NCBI RefSeq assembly: GCF_001458695.1
Contig: NZ_LN885086.1
Coordinates: 1,350,001 to 1,382,000, forward strand
Direction of reading: 5' to 3'
Length of the DNA: 32,000 bases
Source of the DNA: Candidatus Nitrospira inopinata
GTDB lineage: Bacteria; Nitrospirota; Nitrospiria; Nitrospirales; Nitrospiraceae
In this document: piece by piece, positions 1 to 8,372 of the stretch
Position numbering within the stretch: the first letter of the stretch is position 1
Layout of the letters: each line of letters begins with the position of its first letter
Notes under the pieces: generated by a model
Told to the model about the DNA's origin: nothing
The model's database searches: none
Seen by the model: only the letters and a program-made list of their open reading frames with translations
Position numbers and translations under genes: made by a program

Positions 1-41
1 CCGGTTTCGTTTCTCCTCTCAGCGCCTATTCGGCTCAGGCG

Positions 42-2249
42 GTGAGCGCCGATCTGCTACAGACCGACCGGTGTGAAGCGGCGGAGGACTGTTTCACGAT
101 GGCCGCCCGGCCGAGGGAACAGTCGGGGGCCGCGCTGACGAAAGATCAGGCGGCCGCGCTGAAGCTCGAACGACTCCGTCAGGTCATGGAGCGGTTTCCG
201 ACATCACTGGGGGCCAAGCGGGCCGGGCTGCTCTCCGGCGTCATGTTGATCGATCGGAATCCAGCCGGGGCGCTTTCCTATCTTCAAGCGGCCCAACGGG
301 ATTTTCCGGTCATCGAGGACTATATCCGATATTGGGTCGGCGAGGCGCTGTTGTCGCTGGGCGATGCGAAGGAGGCGGCGCTTGCTTTTGAGTCGGTGTC
401 GCAGGCCGTGCCCGATACCAATTTGCTTCCTCGAGCCGTTTTGCGCGCGGGGGAAGCCTGGTATCAGGCCTCCAGTTGTCCCGAGGCGATTGACCGGCTT
501 ACCAGAGCGGTCGCCCTTGGTCGCAATGAGAAAGATCCCGGAATCGCCCAGGCGTGGCTTCGATTGGCGGACTGCTATCTGCGCGTGGGGCGGGCGGCCG
601 AAGGGAAGGAGGCATTGGTAAAAGTCTGGGTTGCATTCCCTCAGACGAAGGAAGCGAAACAAGCGGAATCGCTCCTTTCGGCAGGGATCGGGGGGGAGTC
701 ATGGGCCCCCAAACCGGAAGATTTTTATGCCAGGGCTCAAGTGTTGCTGGGGCAAGCCTTGCATAAGGAAGCCATTGAGGAACTGAAGCGGTTTCTCGCC
801 AAAGATCCACCTGTCTCTCTTCGCAGTGAGGCCAAACTCAAGTTGGGCATTGCGCAGGTGCGACTCAAGCTCTACGAGCAGGCGCGGGAGACGTTTCAGG
901 AGCTGGCTGGAGGACGGACGACACATTCCGGTGAGGCGACGGTGTGGTTGGCACGAGTCTATCTTCGACAGGGGCTCGGTGACAAGTTGTTGGATTTGAG
1001 CCGCAAAATCGCCAAACGGAGTCTGTCCGCCGAGCAGAAAGGACAGATCAACTTGTTCGCCGGGATCTGGCTGGAGGATCAGGCTCAGTTTGAGGAGGCG
1101 ATCGCGCAATACCGGCAGGTCGCTCAAACGGGGGAGCCAGCCGCTCAGCGTACCGAGGCGCGTTGGCGGCAAGGCTGGGTTCTCTATCGAATAGGACGAT
1201 ATCAAGCGGCGATCGACGTATGGCGGTCGATCGTCGAACGACCGAACGGCGAGTGGGAACCGCAGGTGCTCTATTGGATCGCGCGGGCTTGTGGTCACGT
1301 CGGAAACTCGAATGCACAGGAAACGTTCCAGCTCCTCTGCGATCGCTATCCCTACACCTACTATTGCCAGCTTGCGCAGGGGCGCGCGGGAATTTCCGCC
1401 ATGGCTTCTACGGATCAGGAACGACGGCCGGAGGAGGCTGCCGTCCTTCCCGCCTCGCTTCCTTCTGCTTCGCCGGATCGTGATCAAATATCGGGACAGA
1501 ATGAAACGAGTCGGTCGGAAATCGAACGGCAGCCCGCCTACCGGCGGGCTGCCGAGTTGAGGGCATTGGGGCTTGAGCAGGATGCGGTCAGAGAACTCAC
1601 GGCGTTGACGGACGCGTACGGCAATGACGCCGCTGCAGTGGCCTCGTTGTCGGTCTTGCTGAGCGAAACCGGGGCGTATCATCACGCCTTGAGGCTTGTC
1701 CGGAGCAGGTTCCGGGACAGACTGGAGCGAGGCGGCGGCGCCATCCTTGAAGATGGCTTGTGGAACGCGGCCTATCCGACGGGACTGATCTCCACAATCA
1801 GCATGCAGGGCGTGGACGGAGTCGATCCTTTCCTGGTCGCGGCTATCATCAGGGAAGAAAGTCAGTACGATTGGCGGGCGGTGTCCCGTGTGGGCGCCAT
1901 CGGGTTGATGCAGGTCATGCCGGCCACCGCCAATGAAGTGGCGCAGCGCTATCGTCTTCCCGACGTCGCGCGGGATGACCTGTTTGATCAGGAAACCAAT
2001 ATTCGGATCGGAGTTCGATACATCGGGCAGTTGCTCGCTCGATTTTCCGGCAATCTGGTGCACGCCGTCGCAGCGTACAACGCCGGCCCTATTGCCGTTG
2101 AGAGCTGGGTCGTGGCGTATCGGGGACGGAGCGACGACGAATTTGTCGAATTGATTCCTTTCCAAGAGACGAGACAATATGTGAAGCGGGTGCTCCGCAG
2201 CTACAGGGAGTACGTTCGCCTGAACGGCCTTCAAAAGCCCGTTTCTTGA
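42..2249 (+). CDS. slt: Soluble lytic murein transglycosylase (Slt70-like: helical-repeat N-domain plus GH23/SLT domain); 5' end probably outside the window
   Basis: 735-aa ORF. The frame stays open to nt 3, and the residues encoded before nt 42 (GFVSPLSAYSAQA) look like the end of a signal peptide, so the true start is probably left of the window. C-terminal SLT motifs are present: AAIIREESQYDWRAVSRVGAIGLMQVMPATA (catalytic Glu in EES) and AAYNAGP. The N-terminal ~580 aa are Ala/Leu/Arg-rich helical repeats. Confidence 0.85.
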   Translation: MSADLLQTDRCEAAEDCFTMAARPREQSGAALTKDQAAALKLERLRQVMERFPTSLGAKRAGLLSGVMLIDRNPAGALSYLQAAQRDFPVIEDYIRYWVGEALLSLGDAKEAALAFESVSQAVPDTNLLPRAVLRAGEAWYQASSCPEAIDRLTRAVALGRNEKDPGIAQAWLRLADCYLRVGRAAEGKEALVKVWVAFPQTKEAKQAESLLSAGIGGESWAPKPEDFYARAQVLLGQALHKEAIEELKRFLAKDPPVSLRSEAKLKLGIAQVRLKLYEQARETFQELAGGRTTHSGEATVWLARVYLRQGLGDKLLDLSRKIAKRSLSAEQKGQINLFAGIWLEDQAQFEEAIAQYRQVAQTGEPAAQRTEARWRQGWVLYRIGRYQAAIDVWRSIVERPNGEWEPQVLYWIARACGHVGNSNAQETFQLLCDRYPYTYYCQLAQGRAGISAMASTDQERRPEEAAVLPASLPSASPDRDQISGQNETSRSEIERQPAYRRAAELRALGLEQDAVRELTALTDAYGNDAAAVASLSVLLSETGAYHHALRLVRSRFRDRLERGGGAILEDGLWNAAYPTGLISTISMQGVDGVDPFLVAAIIREESQYDWRAVSRVGAIGLMQVMPATANEVAQRYRLPDVARDDLFDQETNIRIGVRYIGQLLARFSGNLVHAVAAYNAGPIAVESWVVAYRGRSDDEFVELIPFQETRQYVKRVLRSYREYVRLNGLQKPVS

Positions 2250-2312
2250 CAAGAGATCGCAGAATTTTTATAGTGCGCGTCGATCGCGGAGGGATGAGGA
2301 AACGGTGCCGTC

Positions 2313-2567
2313 ATGGCGTTGGATCGCCTCGATGCGTTGGAAGTTCGCATTAAAGACCTGGTGAAGTTGATCCAGGAGCTGAAACGGCGCAATGCGTCGT
2401 TGGAGGAGGAGCTGAGAGTCGTTCGGCAGCGGCTTGCGTCTCAGGATGATCTGAATCAACGCTGGGAACGAGAGCGGGTTGATATCAAGTCGCGAATCGA
2501 ACGAGTCATCAGCGAAATCGAGATGCTGGAATGTGCGGACGAAGCCAGGGAGGTGGCCCATGAGTAA
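2313..2567 (+). CDS. zapB: ZapB-like coiled-coil cell-division protein
   Basis: 84-aa heptad-rich helical ORF (LDALEVRIKDLVKLIQELKRRNASLEEEL..). GAGGA lies 12 nt upstream of the ATG. The stop overlaps the zapA start (ATGAGTAA). Size, coiled-coil character and position directly 5' of zapA fit ZapB-type proteins. Confidence 0.55.
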   Translation: MALDRLDALEVRIKDLVKLIQELKRRNASLEEELRVVRQRLASQDDLNQRWERERVDIKSRIERVISEIEMLECADEAREVAHE

Positions 2568-2856
2568 AACCGTCGAGGTTGAAATTTACGGTCAACGGTA
2601 CGCCATTCGCGGGGAAGCCGAAGAGGCCTATGTTCGGCGGCTGGCTCATTACGTGGACGATCATATGAGACGTCTGGCCGAGGGCATGAAGACGGCCACT
2701 CCGGTCAAATTGGCGGTGCTGACGGCGATTAACCTGGCCCATCAGCTTTTTGAATCCGAAAAGAAGCGGGTGCAGGGAGAGGCCGACTTTGAACGACGCA
2801 TGGAAGTGTTGATGGAATCGCTCGAGGAACATATTCCGACCTCCCTCTTTCGTTAG
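2560..2856 (+). CDS. zapA: Cell division protein ZapA
   Basis: ATG at 2560 is preceded by GGGAGG (2548-2553). MSKTVEVEIYGQRYAIRGEAEEAYVRRLAHYVDDHMRRL...LAVLTAINLAHQLF fits the ZapA family pattern. The longer 2479 start in the ORF track runs through zapB and is rejected. Confidence 0.85.
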   Translation: MSKTVEVEIYGQRYAIRGEAEEAYVRRLAHYVDDHMRRLAEGMKTATPVKLAVLTAINLAHQLFESEKKRVQGEADFERRMEVLMESLEEHIPTSLFR

Positions 2857-3060
2857 CCTGCCAGCCTCCTGGTGAAAAACCAAGTTTCGCCTTGCTTTCC
2901 GGGACCCCCCTTTGTTATCGTGAAAACGTGTGAAGGAGCGAATGTTTCGGGCAGGTTGTCGCGGACGACTGAGACGGGGAAACAGACTTCTGGACATTGG
3001 TTTTAATACAAGGTAGAAACGACGGAGATCTGAGACGCGCGGGCGAATGTTTCATGGGGA

Positions 3061-3088
3061 TTAAGATCGTACCCTGAACTGTTATTAT
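3061..3088 (+). promoter_or_regulatory. Sigma70-type promoter with extended -10 (TTAAGA-N16-TGtTATTAT); predicted TSS near 3095
   Basis: TTAAGA at 3061-3066, a 16-nt spacer, TG at 3080-3081 and TATTAT at 3083-3088. The predicted start coincides with the base of the long helix of the structured RNA candidate. Motif match only. Confidence 0.3.
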
Positions 3089-3093
3089 GATGA

Positions 3094-3238
3094 GTTCAAC
3101 CGGCTTTCGATTTTTGTTGAGGAGAAAGCGTCGCCTTGTTGCTCAAGCAGGGCGGTCATCGATGTGTTCCAATGAGCGTGGGCGACCAGCCCCCACTCGT
3201 GGAGACCGGTTCTCAACAAGGATCGAAAATGGTGGAGC
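3094..3238 (+). ncRNA. Candidate rod-shaped structured sRNA, 6S-like (possible ssrS)
   Basis: 19 contiguous bp form between 3105-3123 (TTTCGATTTTTGTTGAGGA) and 3210-3228 (TTCTCAACAAGGATCGAAA), including 3 G-U pairs. An outer helix joins 3094-3101 to 3231-3238 (7 of 8 positions pair). Inner helices join 3130-3136 to 3180-3186 and 3140-3145 to 3173-3178. An asymmetric internal loop separates the helices. There is no credible ORF here, a promoter sits immediately upstream, and the location just downstream of zapA matches ssrS in many Proteobacteria. The RNA is shorter than a canonical 6S and no covariance model was run. Confidence 0.35.
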
Positions 3239-3436
3239 AGTCCTCCATTCGGAAAGAGGGAGATCCTGAGAGTCCTCAGGGAAGTCGTAAGCGTACGCTC
3301 CGGCGCGTTTCTAAACTGATCCGTCCCCTGCTCTTTCCTGATACGTTGTCCGCACAATCATCCTCCCGTGCTTCGTTCGCGCTCTGAAATTCTTTCAGAG
3401 GAACGGGCTGAACTGCGTCAGCCGTTTGAGAGGGGG

Positions 3437-5014
3437 GTGACTCTTATTTCTACCTCAATCATCGCATATATCCTGTGCACGATAATCGGTGCTGTCGTGG
3501 GCGTCGGCCTATTCGAAGTCGTGCGCCGCAACGTGGCCGCCGCAAAACGGGTTGAGCTTGAGGAACAGGCCAAACATATCGTCCAGAACGCACAGCGCGA
3601 GGCCGACAGCGTCTTGAAAGAGGCCAGGCTTGAGGCCAAGGATCTTGTCTTTCAGGCAAAAGCGGAATGGGAAAAGGAGCAAAAGGCGAAACTCGCTGAG
3701 CTCTCGGCGATGGAAAAACGCATGCTCCAGCGAGACGAGGCGCTGGACCGGAAGCTTGCCGCGCTGGAAAAACGCGAGAGCGAATTGCAGAAACGCGATC
3801 AGGAATTGATCAAGCGCGAAGCCGGGCTCGCGGCAAAGGAGTCCGCCTGCGCCAAGGCCGAGCGCGATCATCGCGAAGCCTTGGAACGTGTGGCCGGTAT
3901 GACGGCGGAAGAGGCCAAAAAGCAGTTGATCGTCGAAATGGAGTCCCAAGCGCGGCTTGACGCGGCGGGGATCGCCAAACGGACGATCGAAGAAGCGCGT
4001 GAAGTTGCCGAGCGGGAGGCTCGCGAAATCATCACCAGCTCCATTCAGCGAGTGGTGCGGGATTATGTGTCGGAATCGACGATCTCGGTGGTGGCGATTC
4101 CGAACGACGCCATGAAAGGGCGCATCATCGGCCGGGAAGGCCGCAATATCCGGGCGATCGAAGCGGCGACGGGAATCGATCTGATCATCGATGAGACGCC
4201 GGAGGCCGTGATCATCTCGGGATTTGATCCGCTGCGCCGCGAAATCGCCAAAGTTTCGCTTGAACGGCTGATGCAAGACGGCAGAATTCATCCGACCCGC
4301 ATCGAAGAGATCGTGGAAAAGGTCAAGACCGACATCGACAAGCTGATGTACGAGGAAGCCGAAAAAATCATCTTCGAGTTGGGGCTTTCGGATTTCCATC
4401 CTGAATTGATCAAGGTGTTGGGGCGGCTGAAGTATCGAACGAGTTACGGACAGAACAATCTGTATCACGCGCGGGAGGCCGCGTATATCTGCGGCATGAT
4501 GGCATCGGAGTTGGGATTGGACGTCAAATTGGCCCGTCGCGGCGCCTTGCTCCATGACATCGGCAAGGCGGTCAGTCATGAGGAAGAGGGCCCCCATGCC
4601 ATGCTTGGCGCCGAGCTGGCCAAGAAGTACGGCGAATCGCCCAAAATCGTGAACGCGATCGCCGCGCATCACGAGCAAGTGGAACCGATTTGTCCCGAGA
4701 GCGTGCTGGTGGCCGCCGCCGAGGCGCTGTCCGCCGCTCGTCCCGGAGCTCGAAGGGAAGCCCTCGAGTCCTACGTGAAGCGCCTGGAGAAACTCGAATC
4801 CTTGGCGGCCGGGCAGAAGGGGGTGCAAAAGGCCTATGCCATTCAAGCCGGGCGGGAGATCCGCGTGATCGTCCGTCAGGAAGACGTGACCGACGCCGAG
4901 TCGTTCCAGCTTTCGCGCGATCTGGCCAAGAAAATAGAGCAGGAACTGACGTATCCCGGACAAATCAAGGTGACCGTGATTCGAGAAAGCCGGTACGTGG
5001 AATACGCCAGATGA
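3437..5014 (+). CDS. rny: Ribonuclease Y (N-terminal TM helix, coiled coil, KH and HD domains)
   Basis: GTG at 3437 follows GAGAGGGGG and opens directly into the membrane anchor (TLISTSIIAYILCTIIGAVVGVGLF), giving 525 aa as in RNase Y. The KH motif is GRIIGREGRNIRAIEAATGIDLIIDETPEAVIISGFDP. The HD motif is LLHDIGKA...AAHH. The 3368 start in the track adds 23 non-hydrophobic residues over two hairpins and is unlikely. Confidence 0.9.
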   Translation: MTLISTSIIAYILCTIIGAVVGVGLFEVVRRNVAAAKRVELEEQAKHIVQNAQREADSVLKEARLEAKDLVFQAKAEWEKEQKAKLAELSAMEKRMLQRDEALDRKLAALEKRESELQKRDQELIKREAGLAAKESACAKAERDHREALERVAGMTAEEAKKQLIVEMESQARLDAAGIAKRTIEEAREVAEREAREIITSSIQRVVRDYVSESTISVVAIPNDAMKGRIIGREGRNIRAIEAATGIDLIIDETPEAVIISGFDPLRREIAKVSLERLMQDGRIHPTRIEEIVEKVKTDIDKLMYEEAEKIIFELGLSDFHPELIKVLGRLKYRTSYGQNNLYHAREAAYICGMMASELGLDVKLARRGALLHDIGKAVSHEEEGPHAMLGAELAKKYGESPKIVNAIAAHHEQVEPICPESVLVAAAEALSAARPGARREALESYVKRLEKLESLAAGQKGVQKAYAIQAGREIRVIVRQEDVTDAESFQLSRDLAKKIEQELTYPGQIKVTVIRESRYVEYAR

Positions 5015-5790
5015 GGGTGCTCTGCATCGGCGACATCATGGGAGAGCCGGGAAGGCGGGCGGTCGCCCGTGCCGTTCCGCGTTTGGTCGTCCAGCGGCAG
5101 GTCGACGTCGTGATCGGCAACGGCGAAAACGCCGCGGGCGGATTCGGCATTACGCCGGACTTGGCGGAGGAACTCTTCGATCTGGGGTTGTCGGTCATTA
5201 CCACGGGCAATCATGCCTGGGACAAAAAAGAGGTGTTGGATTACTTTCCGCGCCAGTCGCGCTTGCTGCGCCCCGCGAATTATCCCCCCGGCGTTCCAGG
5301 CAACGGCAGCGTCGTCGTGGAGACGGCGGGAGGCGAGCGATTGGCGGTCCTTCAACTGATGGGGCGGGCCCACATGCCCACGATCGACTGCCCGTTTCAA
5401 ACGGCGCGGCGGGAAGTGCCGCGCCTCAAACAAGAAACTGCCGCGGTGATCGTCGAAATGCACGCGGAAGCGACGTCCGAAAAAATGGCCATGGGACATT
5501 ATTTGGACGGCGAGGTGACGGCGGTCGTCGGCACGCACACCCACGTTCAAACGGCGGACGATCAGATCTTGCCGAAGGGAACGGCCTACATTACGGATAT
5601 CGGGATGACCGGCCCTCTCCACGCCGTCATCGGGGTAAAAAAAGAGCTGGCGATCGAAAAATTTTTAACCGGGATGCCTCGCCGTTTTGAGGTAGCGTCG
5701 GGGCCGTCGGTGTTTTGCGGGGTATTGCTGGAACTTGATGCGCGGTTGGGGAAGCCCCTCCATTTTGAACGGGTCCGTCTGATCGATTAA
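5011..5790 (+). CDS. ymdB: YmdB-like metallophosphoesterase (2',3'-cyclic-nucleotide phosphodiesterase family)
   Basis: ATG at 5011 overlaps the rny stop (ATGA). Motifs: MRVLCIGDIMGEPGR, GNGENAAGGFGIT, TTGNHAWDKKE, GTHTHVQTADDQILPKGTAYITDIGMTG. The rny-ymdB gene pair is a known conserved arrangement. Confidence 0.85.
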   Translation: MRVLCIGDIMGEPGRRAVARAVPRLVVQRQVDVVIGNGENAAGGFGITPDLAEELFDLGLSVITTGNHAWDKKEVLDYFPRQSRLLRPANYPPGVPGNGSVVVETAGGERLAVLQLMGRAHMPTIDCPFQTARREVPRLKQETAAVIVEMHAEATSEKMAMGHYLDGEVTAVVGTHTHVQTADDQILPKGTAYITDIGMTGPLHAVIGVKKELAIEKFLTGMPRRFEVASGPSVFCGVLLELDARLGKPLHFERVRLID

Positions 5791-5821
5791 CGAAAAGGAG
5801 CAGCGTACGAGCGACGCCTGG

Positions 5822-7255
5822 TTGTTCTCTCCCCCTCCTGCCGGTTCGTCGAGGCGAATTCTGACCGTATCGGAGTTGAGCACGTTGGTCCGTACGTGCC
5901 TGGAGGCCGATTTTGCCGACGTATGGCTTGAGGGAGAGATCTCGAATCTCCGCGCGCCGGGGTCTGGGCATCTTTACTGTACGCTCAAAGATTCGGCGAG
6001 CCAGATTCGGGCCGTGCTCTTTCGCTCAACGGCGCTCCGATTGGGATTCGGTCTTGAAGATGGGCTCCATGTCATCGTGCGGGGGCGGGTCACGGTCTAT
6101 GAGCCGAGAGGCGAGTATCAAATCGTCTTGGAGCACGTGGAGCCGAAGGGACGTGGCGCGCAGCAATTGGCCTTCGAACAGTTGAGACGGCGCCTTAGCG
6201 CCGAGGGGCTCTTTGACCGGGATCGCAAGAAGCCCTTGCCGGTACTCCCCCGCACGGTCGGTCTCGTCACGTCTCAGACGGGAGCCGCCGTTCGGGACAT
6301 GATCGCGGTTCTACATCGCCGATGTCCCATTCTGCATATCATTCTCTCCCCCGTGTCCGTTCAGGGCGATGGAGCCGCGGAGCAGATCGTCGGCGCCATT
6401 GAAGCCTTGAACGAACTCGGTTCCGTCGATGTCATCATCGTCGGGAGGGGAGGCGGCTCCTTCGAAGACCTGCAGGCGTTCAACGATGAGCGCGTCGTGC
6501 GAGCGATCGCGGGGTCGTCGATTCCCGTCGTCTCGGCCGTCGGGCACGAAACCGACGTAACACTGGCCGATTTCGCGGCCGATCTGCGGGCGCCCACGCC
6601 ATCGGCCGCCGCCGAAGCCGTGGCCCCGGTCCTCAGCGAGATCGTGGATCGGCTCGCGGGTTGGGTGGCTCGATGCCATCAAGGCGTCAAGCGCCGGTGC
6701 GATCGCGAGAGACAAAGGATGTACGCCGTCCGTGCCGACTTGGGGAGCTTTCGATTCCGAGTGTTGGAAGCCATACAGCGGGTGGACGATATTGTCATTC
6801 GGATGCGCCAAACGGTACAAAGGGACCTGCGAAACAGATGGGAGCGGACGCGCTCGCTGACGCACGATGCCGTTGCGAGGAATCCCGGCGCGCGTGTCCG
6901 TCATGGCATGACACTAATGGCTCGGCTGACGGCGCGTCTAGAGCAGACCATGCGCGCTCGGTTGAATCGGCGGGTGCAGGCGGCGCATTCATGCGCGGCG
7001 CGTCTGCACTCGCTGAGCCCCACGGCGGTTCTTGACCGTGGATACAGCGTCATCGAAACGATGCCGGGCGGCGAAGTCCTGCGGGACGCCCGTCAGGCGG
7101 CCGTTGGACAGGCAGTCGTTGCGCGTTTGGCGAAAGGTTCTCTTTGTTGTAGAGTGACGGAGATCATCACGGAGTCGCCCGTCAATCGCGACGGGATTCG
7201 CTGTCACGAAACGTTCTTCTCGGAAAGGATCGACGGTGGCCGGCGCGAAATTTGA
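5822..7255 (+). CDS. xseA: Exodeoxyribonuclease VII large subunit
   Basis: ILTVSELSTLVRTCLEADFADVWLEGEISNLRAPGSGHLYCTLKDSASQIRAVLFR matches the XseA OB-fold N-terminus. GRGGGSFEDLQAFNDE and VGHETDVTLADFAADLRAPTPSAAAE match the catalytic core. A TTG start at 5822 lies 13 codons before the conserved block, and the 3' end overlaps xseB by 20 nt. Confidence 0.9.
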   Translation: MFSPPPAGSSRRILTVSELSTLVRTCLEADFADVWLEGEISNLRAPGSGHLYCTLKDSASQIRAVLFRSTALRLGFGLEDGLHVIVRGRVTVYEPRGEYQIVLEHVEPKGRGAQQLAFEQLRRRLSAEGLFDRDRKKPLPVLPRTVGLVTSQTGAAVRDMIAVLHRRCPILHIILSPVSVQGDGAAEQIVGAIEALNELGSVDVIIVGRGGGSFEDLQAFNDERVVRAIAGSSIPVVSAVGHETDVTLADFAADLRAPTPSAAAEAVAPVLSEIVDRLAGWVARCHQGVKRRCDRERQRMYAVRADLGSFRFRVLEAIQRVDDIVIRMRQTVQRDLRNRWERTRSLTHDAVARNPGARVRHGMTLMARLTARLEQTMRARLNRRVQAAHSCAARLHSLSPTAVLDRGYSVIETMPGGEVLRDARQAAVGQAVVARLAKGSLCCRVTEIITESPVNRDGIRCHETFFSERIDGGRREI

Positions 7256-7487
7256 ACAGGCGATGGCACGATTGGAAGCCATTGTGGCCGAATTGGAAAA
7301 GGGCGAGCTGTCGCTCGATGAATCGCTCAAGATCTTCGAGGAAGGGGTGCGTCTCTCCAAACATTGCTTGAAGGTTCTCGAAGAAGCCGAGCGAAAAATC
7401 GAGGTGTTGGTGCAGGATAAGAACGGCAAGAAGCAACTCCGGGCGTTCACGTCGGTCGATGACGACGCGGATGAATCCGACGGGTGA
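7236..7487 (+). CDS. xseB: Exodeoxyribonuclease VII small subunit
   Basis: The 83-aa product FEQAMARLEAIVAELEKGELSLDESLKIFEEGVRLSKHCLKVLEEAERKIEVL is the typical XseB helical hairpin. It has a GTG start and lies immediately after xseA. Confidence 0.9.
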   Translation: MAGAKFEQAMARLEAIVAELEKGELSLDESLKIFEEGVRLSKHCLKVLEEAERKIEVLVQDKNGKKQLRAFTSVDDDADESDG

Positions 7488-7561
7488 TCTTTTTGCAAGC
7501 CGCGTCGCCGGCTGACGAACCGACCGGCCGTTTCTTTAGGGGGGCCGGTATTTCCGTATTC

Positions 7562-8335
7562 ATGGACGTTCATGCGCGGCGTCATAAACAACGACTTGAT
7601 CAACTGTTGGTGGATCAGGGATTCGCGGAGAGCCGAGAGCGCGCGGCGCGGATGATCCTGGCTGGAGAAGTCAGGGTCGATGGCGTCCTCGTCGATAAAC
7701 CGGCAAAGGCCGTGTCCGCCCAGGCCGTGATCGAAGTCCTTGCGCAAGGCGCTCGGTTCGTTAGTCGAGGCGGTGAGAAACTGGCGGCGGCGCTGGACGC
7801 CGGATTCATCGATCCGGCCGGGCTTGTCTGTCTCGATGTCGGATGCTCGACCGGAGGCTTTACCGATTGTCTTCTGCAGCGGGGAGCGCGACGGATCTAC
7901 GCGGTGGACGTCGGATACGGTCAATTCGATTGGCGGCTGCGACGGGACTCCCGCGTGGTTCTGATGGAGCGGACGAATATCCGTTACCTCGACAAATCGG
8001 CCATTCCCGAGCCGGTCGAGCTCACGGTCATCGATGTCTCCTTTATCTCGTTGACCAAGGTTCTCCCCCCCGTGCTGCAATTTTCGACTCCGGGCGCGAT
8101 CGTGATCGCGCTGGTCAAACCCCAGTTCGAGGTGGGCAAGGGCGAGGTCGGCAGGGGGGGGATCGTTCGTGACGAGGCGCAGCGGCGGGACGTCCTGCGC
8201 GGAATCGTGAACTTTGCGGCCGGTCTGGGCATGACGGCGAGAACGACTTTGGAGTGCCCTCTCAAGGGGAAAAGAGGAAATCAAGAACTGTTCGCGATTT
8301 TTGAATGCGGATCGACGTCTCACGGTGTATCGTGA
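7562..8335 (+). CDS. tlyA: TlyA-family 16S/23S rRNA (cytidine-2'-O)-methyltransferase
   Basis: The ATG at 7562 gives 257 aa. The S4-like N-terminus is RLDQLLVDQGFAESRERAARMILAGEVRVDG. FVSRGGEKLAAAL is present, as is the SAM motif CLDVGCSTGGFTDCLLQRGARRIYAVDVGYGQ. Confidence 0.85.
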   Translation: MDVHARRHKQRLDQLLVDQGFAESRERAARMILAGEVRVDGVLVDKPAKAVSAQAVIEVLAQGARFVSRGGEKLAAALDAGFIDPAGLVCLDVGCSTGGFTDCLLQRGARRIYAVDVGYGQFDWRLRRDSRVVLMERTNIRYLDKSAIPEPVELTVIDVSFISLTKVLPPVLQFSTPGAIVIALVKPQFEVGKGEVGRGGIVRDEAQRRDVLRGIVNFAAGLGMTARTTLECPLKGKRGNQELFAIFECGSTSHGVS

Positions 8336-8372
8336 GCGCGGTTCACTCGGAATCCACTTGTCCGGAGGCGCG

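Noticed and set aside
699-2252. Very long antisense ORFs opposite real genes. Examples are 699-2252(-), 3509-4963(-), 6989-8560(-), 8343-9389(-), 14692-15972(+), 15020-16036(-), 20459-21157(-), 22016-22939(-), 25025-26083(-) and 26192-27931(-).
   Set aside because: Their translations are Arg/Gly/Pro/His-rich with no motifs. The opposite strand encodes clearly recognisable proteins (Slt, RNase Y, TlyA, epimerase, Der, HolA, PyrF, the sensor). These are typical stop-poor shadow frames of high-GC DNA.
3368-3436. Upstream start codons offered by the ORF track. These are rny 3368, zapA 2479, ymdB 4690, tlyA 7484, epimerase 8301, aat 10612, holA 20438, rpsT 22019, pyrF 21986, STAS 28528 and anti-sigma 12816.
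   Set aside because: In each case the extension overlaps the preceding gene or a structured leader and lacks an SD. It also adds non-conserved Arg/Ser-rich residues before the point where the family-typical N-terminus begins behind a good SD.
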